DNA of 64,000 bases, taken from positions 7,006,001-7,070,000 of the forward strand of contig CAIIXF020000001.1 in the NCBI GenBank assembly GCA_903813345.2. Reading direction: 5' to 3'. Position 1 is the first letter of the stretch, and each line of letters starts with the position of its first letter. A program made the translations under genes and the position numbers. Below, piece by piece: positions 1 through 12,900 of the stretch. The DNA comes from Owenia fusiformis (Eukaryota). The notes below the pieces were generated by a model. That model worked only from the letters and a program-made list of their open reading frames with translations. It searched no databases and was not told where the DNA came from.

Positions 1-974
1 GCTTATAAAGTATCTCGCATCCAATCATGGGTTTATAGTACATGAAGTTAGAATGTCGATTATAATTCAATTGAATTCCTCTTGGTTGCTAATCATTTTA
101 GAATATCAAAATTTTTTGTCCTGCATTTACCATTTTTGAAATATACATAACCTTGTTATTGAAAAAATAATGAAAATCTTATGTAGTACTTATAAGAATA
201 TTTATTGTACTCTTTAGACATTAAAAACTTTTTGTTTTTGGAAATCAAACACTTCAGATTATGAGGTGAGTTGATTGATCATTTGACAAAGAACATTACA
301 TTTTAATGGATGCACTTTCAATTTATTTCAGTTTAAAAAGGAATTTAGACATCTGGAGTACATTGTTCGAAATTTAAAGTAGAAAATTCCTAATTTTATT
401 ATCTATGTATGCCATCATAGTCTCCGTGGTAACAACAGCCAGTTAAGAACTTTGGTAGCAAATAATGTTTTGATAAAGTCCCCATGCCAGGAGGGTAACC
501 ATGATCTAAAGTCTGACAATGCAAAAGTTGAGAATATCAAAAAGATAAAAGAAGTTCTTGCTACCTTTACAAAACTTTAGTTGAAAAAGTATGTTTCTGT
601 AAAATTCTGAATAACCATGAAACATTTCTGTTGTTGATTTCGTAGAATACTTTGAAATTACTATAAATCATTTGTGTTGTTGTTTATGATTTGTAGTATA
701 ATTTGCAATTACTATAAAACAATCGTGTGATTGTTTATAATTTGTAATATATTTTGAAATTACCATCAAAACATTTGTGTTCATGTTCATGTTTTGGTGT
801 TGTTTTTAGCTCACATGTTTTATATTGACTTAGCATTTTTGCACTGCATTTCAATTTGTTGCACACTAGGACCAAGACTTTATATGCATGACACTGTTTT
901 TAGCTCATTTATGTTATGTTGTATTATGTTGTGTAGTTTGATGTAACTGTTTTGTAGTGTACTCTAATTTGTAG

Positions 975-3900
975 TGTACTAGGAGACTCTAAGTGTGTGA
1001 AGCTGTTGCCTTTGGATGCTTTGCTACATTGCTGCTTCTTCATATTTAGCATGTTAAGGGTAGATATTCTATTAGTTATGTTATATATGGAGGTTTTTAA
1101 TGGGAGGGATGGAATATGAATTTTATTCTGAGGGAAAATATGATATTGGTCAAGAAAAATATCATATTGAGCGAGGGTGATAGCCCGAGTGTCAGTATGA
1201 TATTTTCAGAGGTCTACATCTTATCCCCCTCAGTCTATATCATATCGCCCTCGGTCAATTTGATAATTTCCTTGGCCAATATAATATTTTCCCTCAGAAT
1301 AAAATTCATTCCACCCCTCCCATTAAATAAACTCTATTTATTTTTTGTTATTTGTTTCTACTTTAGTTATAATTTACTGTGTACACTTTTTATTTGTATC
1401 ATATAAAAAGTGATAGCCCCTTGTTCAAAGGCCTCTAAACTATTCATTTGACACTTTTTACATTTTTTACATTTTACATTACTGTGTTGCAATTATTTGT
1501 ATGTTAAATTAGACATTAGCTTGTCATAAACTTTACCTTTCAAACATTTCAAAAGTTGAAACTCAATGTATATTATATTTGGTAAAACTGTAGTACTATA
1601 AAAGGAAAGCAGTTTTCAATGTTGTTGCCTATCATGCACTCTATATAATATCTAGTGACTGTTTATGCTCATTGAAGGTGGTGAAACAAACAAAATGGAA
1701 ATTTTCATGTTGACCCTTTTCATCAAAGAAGACCACATCATGATCTACAGTTGCTGGAATAAGAGAGTGTCAATTATCTTTGTGTGATAAAATATATCTA
1801 CATGTATCATGGAGTATTTCCCATGATACATGAAATTAATGTACTATGAAATTAATTTATTTAAAAAACAGAATTCACTCCTTTAGTAAATATACTGCTC
1901 TAAAAATAGGAAAAGTCACCTTCATAAAGCATGGAACTAGACATTTATATAGAATGTATCTTATTCTCATGAAATGAACATTATCCTTGCTTGTAAACAT
2001 CATATCACTTCATGTAGGACTTCTCAATTCTTTGTTATAGAGCCTGGTTACTATAGCTTTTATGTCACCACCACAGATCACAAGTGGTGACATATTGTTA
2101 TAGTCTCCTTAGTAACCTTTTGTGCATTTTAAGTTTGGAAACGGAATATTGAATATGAATACTAGAAAGGGCTAGGGAATATGAAGACAAACATATGGAA
2201 GAATATAAAATCCTACCACCCATGCTGCCCCTCTTAGTCCCCCCCATGGAAACAACCCTGAATGCCTAAGCAATTTCTGTTTCAGTTTGGAGTGTGTAAG
2301 AATGGCCTTATGTTCTGGTCATCACTGAGCACCATTGTTGACATCTTCACCATTCCACAACCTTTCATTGCAATCTATCTGGGCAGAAACTGGCTTGGTA
2401 AGTGGCATGATTTTCACTTCTTTTTTCATTGTTTGATTGAATCATTTAATATAATATCTTGAGAAAAAATTAGATGAAATCAGTATCAGTATTTGGTTAT
2501 TTATTTTATCTGGTAAATTACCAATTGTGTTTCGTCAGTTTGAAGTGTAAATAGAGTCAATTTTTCTTTTCTGAAAATATAAATCTTTTTTATTCTAATT
2601 TTTTCTACATGTGACATATACCTAATGTAGCACCTTATCAAATAACTTTGACCACTGTTATACTTAAAAAGGCCCCCCCAATGGCAGATTGAGTCAATGA
2701 GTGCATAACATGTGTAGTATATGATGGTCACAATGTCTGTTCACATATCTGTTCACATTAATGTTCCCTCAGCAGTGGGTGTATTGCTAATCCTATTAGT
2801 GTGATGCACCATGCATTAATCTTGTACAAATGAAGGAAAATACAAACCTGGGATATGGACATTTTCCAAATATGTCAAGGCTAAAATAGTTATGAAATTA
2901 ATTTTATTCAGCTTAAATATTTTCATCCCAATTAATAAGGTTCAGTATGGGTAAAGCAGTCAAGCCAGCTGTCCATTGTTCTATTTATTGTTATACATGA
3001 AGTAAAACCTCTGTATAGTGAACACCTATAGAGCCACAAAATAGTGTTCACTGTAGGTAGGTGTTCCCTGCAGAGGATTTTTAAACAGGAGTCAATGTGG
3101 TGCGTGTCTTGAAGTGGTTTTCACTAAACACAGGTGTTCACAAGAGAGAGGTGTTCACATGTATTATGTGGCAAATATGTCATCGTATATTTGGTATTAT
3201 AAATGGGAGTCACTTTTTATGTGTTTCAATCAAACCCCAAAGTTAGCAATCAAAGAAACACAGTACATTAGTATATGGAAAAATGCTTCAAATTTTTGGT
3301 TCGAGTCTTGTATATTTCAGATAGATTAGTTTTATGTACAGTTACCATTTGGCCTCTTGTAATTTAGGGATTTTTATCCATAATACTTTTTTCAAAAATA
3401 ACATGTCATGTTTTCATATAATTAAAATGTAATTTATTAAGTATTCTGTTTTTTCTTCATCAATTTATAAAGTTTATCAACATTTTAATTTTTGAGTACT
3501 ATTTTATCACTCATGATATATGAATTATATAATAATATATGATAATAAATTAGTACTCTTAATATGAGCGCTCAATGAGTAATGAAAAATCAATGAAATT
3601 AGTGCTATTTCATCCCTCATGATATGTGTACTCATTTAGTACTAAAACATGCACTAATTAGTACTCATAGAATGAGTGCTCATTGAGTAATGAAAAATCA
3701 ATGAAATTAGCGCTATTTTATCACTCATCATATGAGTACTCATTTAGTACTAAAACATGCAATAAATCAGTACTCATGTCATTACTGCTCATTTAGTACT
3801 AATATTTACTGAACTGAGTACTAAAATGCCATGAGTACTATTTTAGTACTCGGTAAATCTCCCTGTGTACCTGTCCTTTAATATTTTTGACATTTGATTG

Positions 3901-6900
3901 TAGGTCTTAGATTTCTGAGGGCCTTAAATCTGATAATGGTTGCTGAAATATTACAGCTTCTTGGCTGGTTGAGGTCAAGGAACAGTATCAGAATGACTAC
4001 TCTAGCAATGATCTTTACTGGGGTCTGGCTCTCAACATCAGGATTTGTACATCTTGTAAGTAAAGAACATGAAATGTTTGTATTTTGACACTCAAACTTG
4101 GTTCTTGTAGTAACTATAATAAAGCACTAATATATTTAGTTTATATTTGTATATAGCACTGTTCTTCTCAAGTTTACAAATATATCAGTGATTTTTTTAT
4201 GTTCATATGAAACCAAGTTAAATTGCAATTTAATTAGCTAAATGCCTTCCTCTGTATGAGTTTGTGCATTTCTTTTATAGTCTATAGATTGGTTTTGATT
4301 CTTTGAATGATTTCTTTATATTATATCCTTACATGGTTGTAATTTAGGTAGAAAACACTGGGGATCCCTTTTATGAGTACAACAATGGTCAAAGCCTCAC
4401 ATATTGGGATTCAGTCTACTACATGTTGGTTACTATGTCTACTGTTGGCTTTGGAGACATCAGCTGTGTAACTGTAACAGGAAAGATCTTCATAACTGCA
4501 TTTATTATAGGATCTTACGTGAGTAGTTTAATGCATCAATTATGTTTTAACCAATCTGCTTTCAAAGTAATATGTTCGAACCAATTTTGTTTCAAAATGC
4601 AAATTCTAACAACCACACATCAGGATATGATTTTGCCTATCCTAAACCAAGATATGTTTTTCTTCAATATTTGTTTGTATTTTCATTTTGAAAAAGGTTG
4701 TGTCAGCTTTGGATATACTGGTCGCTAGATACAATGTATAGACTGTGGACTGATTTAACAGCATGATAATATGCTTGAGTGATTTCTGAACCACAAGCCT
4801 ATGAAATAACATTTTACGTGTGCACAAAATAGATTTCATATAAAAATCAAAATGTGTGTCTATGCTGTAAGCCTTACATAAAGTAAATCACTTACATAGT
4901 GGTCACTTACAAGCTTACTGGCACTTACTCACTCGCCTTCCTTAAATGTCCTTAAATGTTGTTTTATGTATAACTTGAAATGCTAGCCTATAATGCAAAG
5001 TGCGCTAGGCAGCAACTACTGTAATTACTGTATACCTTTGAATTGAATAAATATATAATGAAATGAACGTAGTGGTCACTATGGTGGTTGCTTATGTTTT
5101 AGGTGATGTTTGGTAACATCATATCAGAAGTGATTTCATCAATGGCTACTAGCTCCAGACGCATGTACAGGAATTGCGATCACATCTATACTAGAAAGTA
5201 AATATGCTATTCTTACATCTGTACATCTATTCTGTTTGAAATCATGAAATAGGCATGTCATATTGTTGATACATTACAGTATTTTACTGTCAACAATCTT
5301 TTCAATTTTAAAACTTTTATATGGCTCTTTGGTGATATATTTTAATGGTAGTACAAAATACCCCAAAGATGAATAAAGAAAAATTACCCTAAGCTGTCAA
5401 AAACTTCCATTTTTCACCTTCATAATGTCAATGGGTTTGTGTAGACATCATTTATTAAAGCGAAAATTTAAAAGAATATTTTATTTTTATTGTGAATCAT
5501 ATGACTTTTGAACAATTTAACACTCATGTGATTTAAATTTGTCAAACAATATGCACTTTTCTTAACGACATATATATTTTCCAGGTTTGTAATAGTATGT
5601 GGACACATCACCTGCCATTCTGTCACTTCATTTCTGAAAGATTACTTGCAGAGAGATACACACATACAAGGCATAAGAGTGATATTTGTGCACAAGTAAG
5701 AGATACACAATACACATACATAGGCTTGCATACATCACTCTCTTTTTATGTCACCCCCAAAAATTGAATTTATTTTTCAAAACCATTTATGAGTTCTCAG
5801 AAGTTCAAATCTGACTATACATTTGAGATTTGACCTTCGATGACCTTCTCAAGGTCAAAAAAAGGTCAAAGGGTATTTTTCATATTGTTTCAAATTGACC
5901 AATTTTTTCAAAATCATCTACAAGTACTCAGAAATTCAAATCTGTCATAAGATTTGAGATTTGACCTTCAATGACATTCTCAAGGTAAACAAGGCCAAAA
6001 GGTCTTTTTACAAGCTGCTCAAAATTGCCCAAGTTTAATTTTCAAAATATCTAAATTGACATGAAACATGACTACTACAGTGATCATCAATTTGGCATGT
6101 TTTATAATGTTTAACTTTTAGCAAAATCTGGTACATATTATGAGACTTGTGCTTACATTTAACTTTTGATCACTCTAGTTAGCTAAATACAGTATTGTGT
6201 GAAATTAGGTGGTAAGTGACATTTTTTCATGTTTTAACATTAAAATGCCTTGTCACCTTTCTGTCAACACAAACACAATGCTATTACTATGTTGTATCTA
6301 AAGTTGCTAGTATTTGCAGGGATCCCCCAGGTGAGGAGCTGGAACTAGTCATAAAGACGAACTTCACTCAGGTGCGATACTTCCAAGGTTCAGTCCTCAA
6401 TGATGCAGACCTTCAAGCCATGCATGTAAGTACATAGGTAGTCTAATGCACAGCCTAAACAAATACCACAATTTGAGGCAATCCTCTCCATGGATCTGTT
6501 TTCTTAGTGTCTCGCGTCTTGTTTTCTGAGAGTACATTAAGGTCATTAAATTCATTTTTGGTCAAAATCATATGATGAAAGCAAATGTTTTAGATTGTTT
6601 AATAGATTCTGCCTGTAGCTCATATTTGAGCATGTATCCTGGCCAGAGAGAGAAAACTGTCTGTTTTCGTCAAATACCATTTATAGATAAAATGACTGTA
6701 AACCTAATTCAGCTACAAGACAAGGAACAAGGAATGTTTTATTTTCAGACATATAAGAAGTCCATTCTTACTCTATTTTACTCAAAGTTATACATTTGCA
6801 TGTTTATCACTTTTTCAATACTTTTCATTGTACTAAGTTGTCAATTTCATCTCCAGATGAGCTCAGCAGATGCATGTCTGATTCTATCAAACAAGTGTAC

Positions 6901-9900
6901 ACCAGAGCCCTATGAGGAGGATGTTGCCAACATTATGAGGTGTACAAGTGTTAAGACATTCAGGCCAAATATCAGAGTCATCATGCAAGTCTTACAGTAT
7001 AGAAACAAGGTTAGTGGTTCAACAATGTATGCAATGTATGTAACACATTTCAATATGTCAGTTTCAAGTAAACTGAAGGTTTTGGGGAATTAGGATATTG
7101 TCGCGTTCCAGACTTTTGCCTATAGTCTGGAAGCGATGAGTAATTTTCTACCTTATACTTCTTTGTGGGCCCAGTCCTGGTTTGGTGGACTGGATGAAAC
7201 GACAGTCACAAATGGCTTCAAATTTAATACATATATTTTAACACACACTAACTATACAAGAAAATAACACACTTTAATGCTCATAGACTAAAATGTCACT
7301 TTGATCTCTCTTTATAAGCTTGGTAGTGGCCGTTACTGCTTTCTTACTGCTTCCTATGGCTCTTAAGCTCTTTACTCGGCTCCTCTGCCTCTTTATGGCT
7401 CGTAATTTTGGCTCAGCTCCTCTGGCTCTTCGTTCAGCTCCTCTGGCTCTTGAGCTTGGCTCTTCTGGCTCTTAAGCTTGGCTCCTCTGGCTCCTGAACG
7501 TGGCTCCTCTGGCTCTTCGTTCAGCTCTCTTTGGCTCTTTAGCCTGGCTCCTCTTGAGCTTGGCTCTTCTGGCTCCTGAACTTGGCTCCTCTAGCTCCTC
7601 GTTCAGCTCTTTGGCTCTTTAGCCTGGCTCCTCTTGAGCTTGGCTCTTCTGGCTCCTGAACTTGGCTCTTCTAGCTCCTCGTTCAGCTCTTCTGGCTCTT
7701 GAGCTTGGCTGCTCTGGCTCTTCGTTCAGCTCTCTGGCTCTTTAGCCTGGCTCCTCTTGAGCTTGGCTCTTCTGGCTCTTAAGCTTGGCTCCTCTGGCTC
7801 CTGAACGTGGCTCCTCTGGCTCTTCGTTCAGCTCTCTTTGGCTCTTGACTTTTCCAGGGAGGCTCCTCACTGCTCGATGCGATGGAAGTCTTCCTGGAAC
7901 TACTTCTGTCAGCGGTGAAACCAACTGACAAAATACTTCTCTGTGTTGGGAAGTTTCTCAATTGCACCTTACAGCTAGTGGTGGAACCGAACTAACTGTA
8001 ATGCAAGGTTGCTTCCAGAATGTTCCTTGCTGCTTCCTCAAGGACAACACTGAGCTCTGAATCTCTTTACAGCACTCTTAAGAATGGAAGTATGAAGCTA
8101 TTCTTGCTTTCAATTAAATCTAACAAATATCTCACTAACTTAGAAAGCCTGGGACACAAAATGGCGACACACAGTAGATCTGGATACCTAATGAACTAGA
8201 AATTACGATCAGTCAGAGGCATCTCAGTAGCATGCTGATCATAAAGTCACAAATTCTGGTACACTTGAAATTCAAAGTTATAGTCAGTCAGAGGCATCTA
8301 GTAGCATGCTGGCCATAAAATCACATAAACAAAAAGGAAAAATCTCACCCGAATCAGTGCTGCTTTCTCTTAGGCCCAAAAATTCGAGTTTCCTCTCCTG
8401 TTTCTCCTTCTAAAACGTCCTGGTGTGTCTTCCCGCTTTATTCTTCTTAACTAATCCCAAATCACTGGCTGATGGCTACTCCAAAGCACGATAATTGTAG
8501 ATTTTCTTCCAAACCTCAATTCACACTGCTTCATTCAAGATGGCGACCTTCCTTTTTTCTCACGTGATGGCATGAGTCATAGGCACAGGTTATCACTATT
8601 TAAAATCAGGGGCACTGCATTGCAGCAATTGAGGGGAATCCCCTTCCTATCTTGGAATACCCACTTGTGAGCAGGGGTTTTCCTATCCCTTGCATAAATG
8701 GACTAATAACCATAAAACTGCACCAGTGGGAAAATTAAAAAGGATAAACACAAAAAATGAAATTTTCCCACAATATCATATTTTTATTTTCTTGTTGTTA
8801 TGTTTTTGAATTGTGCAAATTTTCAGATGTCCTTTTATACCTGATACTCCTCAATTTAAAGGCTTAATAGCTATACATATTTTTGGGGCCTTGAAGACGC
8901 TTGATAGCTATAAAGAGATTACTCATACTTGTCAATATGTTGTGTATTCTTATTTTCTCAATGTTGCTATTTGTGCACATTTTATCTAAACATACATGTT
9001 GACACTCTATGTGTTACTTTCAGCAAAGGTTGAAGAATGTTCCACATTGGAATCCAACAAGGGGTGATGAGGTTATATGTGTTACTGAGCTCACCCTCAA
9101 CCTGATGGGTCAACATTGCATCAGTCCATGTCTGCCAACCCTAGTTGCTAACATCATCAGGCCATACTCATCTGTGGCTAAACATAAGGTGCAGATTTTG
9201 CCTCACTTTTGGAATTATGTTGTGGTACTAAGATTGTTATTATGTAAAGTTGCTGTCACATGGGGGATACATGTATCTTGTTTTAAATCTGTTTGTTTTG
9301 CACCATGTATCCATCATGTATGCCGTGCCCCACTGTAAACCCAAAAGTATTCATACAGTGGCAAACGGTGCGCACACACAGTTTAAGGGGAGGCATCAAA
9401 AGTTCGATGTCGGATAGAAAACTAAATAAATCTAGTTAGGGGGAGGGGGCTCAAACCCATATCATATCAGTTTGCTATCCGACAAATTTCAACATTTCAA
9501 ATTTTGGGCAATTTTGACTCAGAATGCCTTGGAATGGTTTAAAAATAAAGGTTTTACCTGATGCTTTCTTCGTCAAGATCATTCTAATAGACTCTATTCT
9601 ATCAATAATTGTTAAAAGCCGCAAATAACGATAGGAATTAACAAAAACTAGATCATGTTTAGCAATAATTTTTCAAATTCTCAAACCGGAAGTCCAATAT
9701 CAACTTTCATGGTATTTAGTTTTGAGGGGGAGGAGGGGGGGTCAAAGTCAAAACTGGATTTATTTAGTTTCCGATCCGACATTGAACTTTTGATGCCTCC
9801 CCTAAGTGTGACAGCTCCATATATAACTATAGAGAGTAAGTTATGATATGACCTATTCGCTCAAGATATTTTGGCACAGCCCCAGGAACATGTATAAAAA

Positions 9901-12900
9901 ATCGAGTCATCATCTGAATAAGTAATACAGATGTCGACTCGATATTTGTATACATGTTCCCTGGGCCTATGGCTGTATTTAAGATTGTAAGATGTATGGT
10001 GTTTATTTCAGATCTACAAACTTGAGAGCTGGGAGAAGTCTTATCATGAAGGTCTCAAAATGGAGGTCTATAATGTTGCATTACACAGAAGTTTCAATGG
10101 CATGCCATTTAGTGAGGCCGCAAAGTAATACATTATTGCATTATTGTTTTCTGAAGCCATGCTACAGAGGCATCGGTGACATACTAGTTAAATCAAGAAT
10201 AACAAATTAAAATGAAATTCTAGAAAACAAACAAGTAGCTTATTTGATAAATAACATCACGGGATAAACAGAGCAATTGAATTCAAGGTATCTAATAGTA
10301 CATGGGCAGTGCCTGAGCCCTGCAATACTCGTCTGGTCTTTAAACATAAAATTGGTATTCATATATTATTGTGCCGTAATTCTCAATCTTTATTCCTTAA
10401 ATAGAAATGGTCCTTATATTTTTGTAGAATATGTTACTGTGAACTGGATGTGCTCCTCATTGCCTTGTATACACCTGCTTCTCAGGGTGAAGATCCTTCA
10501 GATGTTTGTAGCACATTTCTAGTCAACCCGTCTGAGGACTCAGTACACAGTAGAAGTGTAGGGGTCTGCATAGCATCTTCTGCTGCTACAGCTAAACAGT
10601 ACGTACATATACATGACAGTTGGTGTTTGGTGGTTGGTGCTCGGCGTCTGTAACAAGTGGCAGGTGGTGACATTTTGCATGTTAATGCCTTGTTATCCAA
10701 TACTATGGAGAGGTATAATTTTGATGGTTAATTAAATAACATCCATACTCATCATGTTCCATCACCATTCTGATTCTTTATGATATCATAATACGAGATG
10801 AATTCATCCTTAAACAATATTAATTGGCTTGTTCAATACATCGCTTGTTCAATAGTCAAAACTATTGACCACTCATTGACCAATCAGAGTTGAGTATTTT
10901 GACTAAGTTAGTAATAAAATGAATAGTACATGGTAGTTTTTTAGCTCACATGGTGAGCTTTTGCAATCGCTCACTTATCCATCTGTCTGTCCGTCCGTCC
11001 GTCTGTCTGTCCGTCCGTCAACAATAGTGGCACGTTTTAAAACCTCTGTCGATAGGATTCCTGTTTTAAGTTATTTCTGTTCAACATCAATACAGAAAAC
11101 TCCCCTATGACTCCTGGTTAAAAAGCTCGCCTATTTTCAAAATGGCCGCCATTTTTGTCTCGCGAAATTCACTTTTGACTGGCACGTTTTAAAACCTCTG
11201 TCCATAGGATTCCTGTTTTAAGTTATTTCTGTTCAACATCAATACTGAAAACTCCCTTATGACTCCTGGCTCAAAAGCTCGCCTATTTTCAAAAAGGCCG
11301 CCATTTTTGTCTCGCGAAATTCACTTTTGACCTATTTCCTACCTTTACAAATAATTTCAAGTGTCCTACATTGTAAAAATCCATGTCAATGTAAAGAGTA
11401 GATGTATGAAATAATTTTGTTACGAAAAATCAGCAAAAAATTATATCCATTTTTTTTATTTTCAGCCATTTTAGTTAACATTGATTTGTCCATCTGTCTT
11501 GCAAAATCCACTTTTGGACCATTTGCCTTAAACCCTCTGTCGATAGAATTCCTGTTTAAGTTAATTTTGTTCAACATCAATACAAAAAAACTCTCCTATG
11601 AGTATGACTCTTGGTTCAAAAGCTCGCCTATTTTCAAAATGGTCACCATTCTTGTCTCGCGAAATTCACTTTTGGCCCATTTCCTAGCTTTACAAATAAT
11701 TTCAGCTGTCCTGCATTGTAAAAAGCCATGTCACTGTAAAGAGTAGTTGTATGAAATAATTTTGTTACAAAAAGTCGGCAAAATATTATATCAGTTTTTT
11801 TTTTTCAGCCATTTTAGTTAACATTGATTCGTCCATCTGTCTCTCAGTCAGTCCAAAAAAGTGGCAAGTTTTAAACCTCTGTCAACACTTTTTAAATCCT
11901 CTGTAGATAGGATTCCCGATTTAAAATAATTTTGTTCAACATCAATAAAGAAAAAAAAACTGTGACTCCTGCTTCAAAATATCGCCTAATTTCAAAGGCC
12001 ACCATTTTTGTCTCGGGAAATTCACTTTTGGCCCATTTCCTAGCTTTACAAATAAGTTCAGGTGTCCTGCATTGTAAAAAGCCATGTCTTTGTAAAGAGT
12101 AGTTGTATGAAATAATTTTGTCATAAAAAATCTGCAAAAAATTATACCCGTCTTTTTTATTTTCACTTTTGAGCAACACCATGTGAGCCCAGTACCCACG
12201 GTACTAATTTTGTATTAAATGTCTCGTTCAATATACAATAAATTGACCTGAAGATGTAGTCATTTAAATCTACATATAATCATCTTCACTCTTCAGTAAT
12301 CGAGCTGTGTGTCATTAGTAAATCATATTTTAAAAAATGTGATAATATTCAAAACTTTAAAATACAACATAATTGCATGGTTGTTGTTCAAGCTTTAATG
12401 GTTTCTTAGGTATGTTCATCGTCTGTGCCAGAATATAATTGTATGGTGGGTGTTCTAGCTAGCTCTAAGAGTTGACAATAATTGCATGGTTAGTTTTCTT
12501 GCTCTAGGATATTAACATTGTCTGTTGTTTAAGTTAGATAGTTTCATGGTTTATCTGTTAATCTATTCAATAGTTGTATATTATAACTGCATGTATATTG
12601 AAATAAAGGTCACACAACATTATCATACATATACGTGTATACATATGTATTTCTAATTTTATTTATGAAAATTCATTATAGAGTGTCAACTTGGTGTACA
12701 CAATGTCTTCATCACCATGGTGACCATGACTGTTTCGCAGACCAGCCAACCAAATCAGTCAGCAAAAAAGGTACATTTCATTTCAAAATATGAGACAGGG
12801 GGTAGAAACAAATACAGTGAATGCATAATGGCATGTTCTTAATGCATTTAGGTTATGAACATTTCCAATGAATTGTGGGTTATGTTGTAGCAATCATCAA

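Noticed and set aside
7742-7967. Minus-strand ORFs with EEPEEP/SQKSQ repeats
   Set aside because: Translations of the tandem array within the LTR-like element; no domain or splice support.
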